A stretch of DNA of 64,000 nt from an uncultured Candidatus Actinomarina sp. (lineage in GTDB: Bacteria > Actinomycetota > Acidimicrobiia > Actinomarinales > Actinomarinaceae): NCBI GenBank assembly GCA_902634185.1, contig CACPJC010000002.1:128001-192000 (forward strand), read 5' to 3'. The notes under the pieces were generated by a model. That model ran no database searches. It was not told the DNA's origin and saw only the letters and a list, made by a program, of their open reading frames with translations. Position 1 is the stretch's first letter. Each line of letters begins with the position of its first letter. The position numbers and the translations under genes are program-made. Shown here in pieces: positions 62,811 to 64,000 of this stretch.

Positions 62811-64000
62811 ATGGAACAAGCATTATATAGAAAATATAGACCCGCAAATCTAAAAGAGATGGTCGGACAAGACGAGGCGGTTTCTTTAATTTCCTCCCAA
62901 ATATCGGATGAAAAAATTGGCCATGCTTACCTATTTTCAGGACCAAAAGGTGTGGGCAAGACTTCACTTGCACGCATAATTGCAAAAGAACTTGGTTGTG
63001 ATCCGGTGTTTGACGTATCTGAAATTGATGCAGCCTCTCATAATAAGGTGGATGACATAAGGGATATGAATGAAAGTGTAAATTTTATTGCAACTTCTCC
63101 TGGAAAAAAGAGAATATTTATTTTGGATGAAGTTCATATGTTGTCGAATGCAGCGTCAAATGCATTTCTTAAGACATTAGAAGAACCACCCGAACACGTA
63201 ATTTTTATACTTGCAACAACTGAGCCAGATAGAGTGATTGAAACCATAAGAAGCAGGACAACACAAGTTGTATTTAAAAAAATTTCTGAACCAGAAATAA
63301 TTAAGGTACTACAAAAAATTTCAAAAAAAGAAAATATAAATTTCAATAAAGACATTCTTCAAACTATTGCAACTTATTCAGACGGATCTTTGAGAGATGC
63401 AATAAATTTATTTGAGCAAGCAGATAATACATTTGGAGAAAAAGTAACTGTTGAAAATATATTCAGCTTAGTTGGTAAATTGGGCTCTGAAGAGATACAA
63501 GAAATAATTGAATCTATCGAGTTTCAGGATACAGGAAAAATTTTAAATGTCATCAGAGAAGCTTATTCTAAAGGTTTGCAACCAACCGATATTTCAAATT
63601 CAATATCAGAATTTTTTCGGAATTTATTTTATCTTAAGTATTTACCAGATGATAAAAAACTAGAATCTTTAACTGAAGATTTTAAAAAGAATTTAGAAAA
63701 AGCAAATGAAAAAATATCAGCAAAACAACTGGTTCGTATACTTGATTTGATTGATGATATTAATTCAAACTTACCGTCATCAAATTCTCAACATTTAAAA
63801 CTTGAATTATTCATGATGAAATTGATTAAGCCAGAATTTGGCTCTGATGTAAAATCTATTGGTTACCGACTTGATCTTCTAGAGGGACGAACTAGTTTAT
63901 CAAGAAGTGTTGATGAAGATACTAAATCAGAAGAAAAAATACTAACTGATGAGAAACCAAAAGATGAATCTAAACCTAAAGAAATAAAGGCTAAAAGTAA
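62811..64000 (+). CDS. dnaX: DNA polymerase III gamma/tau, runs off window end
   Basis: MEQALYRKYRP, GPKGVGKTS, EIDAAS, LDEVHML, KTLEEPP, TIRSRT. Confidence 0.95.
   Translation, partial: MEQALYRKYRPANLKEMVGQDEAVSLISSQISDEKIGHAYLFSGPKGVGKTSLARIIAKELGCDPVFDVSEIDAASHNKVDDIRDMNESVNFIATSPGKKRIFILDEVHMLSNAASNAFLKTLEEPPEHVIFILATTEPDRVIETIRSRTTQVVFKKISEPEIIKVLQKISKKENINFNKDILQTIATYSDGSLRDAINLFEQADNTFGEKVTVENIFSLVGKLGSEEIQEIIESIEFQDTGKILNVIREAYSKGLQPTDISNSISEFFRNLFYLKYLPDDKKLESLTEDFKKNLEKANEKISAKQLVRILDLIDDINSNLPSSNSQHLKLELFMMKLIKPEFGSDVKSIGYRLDLLEGRTSLSRSVDEDTKSEEKILTDEKPKDESKPKEIKAKS

Overview
AT-rich, very compact bacterial chromosome segment spanning the replication origin. Gene order (pcnA-trxB-cwlM-parB-parA-rsmG-jag-yidC-yidD-rnpA-rpmH <> dnaA-dnaN-DUF721-gyrB-gyrA-DUF3566; crgA, pknB, pstP) is actinobacterial. 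Low GC, short spacers and acidic exported proteins suggest a streamlined marine Acidimicrobiia such as Ca. Actinomarinales (inference). I find about 70 CDS, seven tRNAs, three riboswitches (cobalamin, TPP, SAM-I/IV), tandem ARG boxes, a parS site inside rsmG and a Fur/Zur-type palindrome. No CRISPR array, IS or integrase was seen. Best leads: (1) two unannotated, coupled, paralogous single-TM peptides sharing an intramembrane His; (2) four paralogous Cys-repeat lipoproteins around a MacAB-like ABC system; (3) an origin with no canonical DnaA box next to a DnaA with altered recognition residues; (4) a structured intergenic RNA candidate at 39.4-39.6 kb; (5) a 5x AAKKT tail and unusual quinolone pocket on GyrA; (6) a standalone DUF2090 aldolase coupled to PPi-PFK; (7) TadA and DnaX with lost Zn ligands. 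All calls come from reading the sequence by eye; no searches were run.
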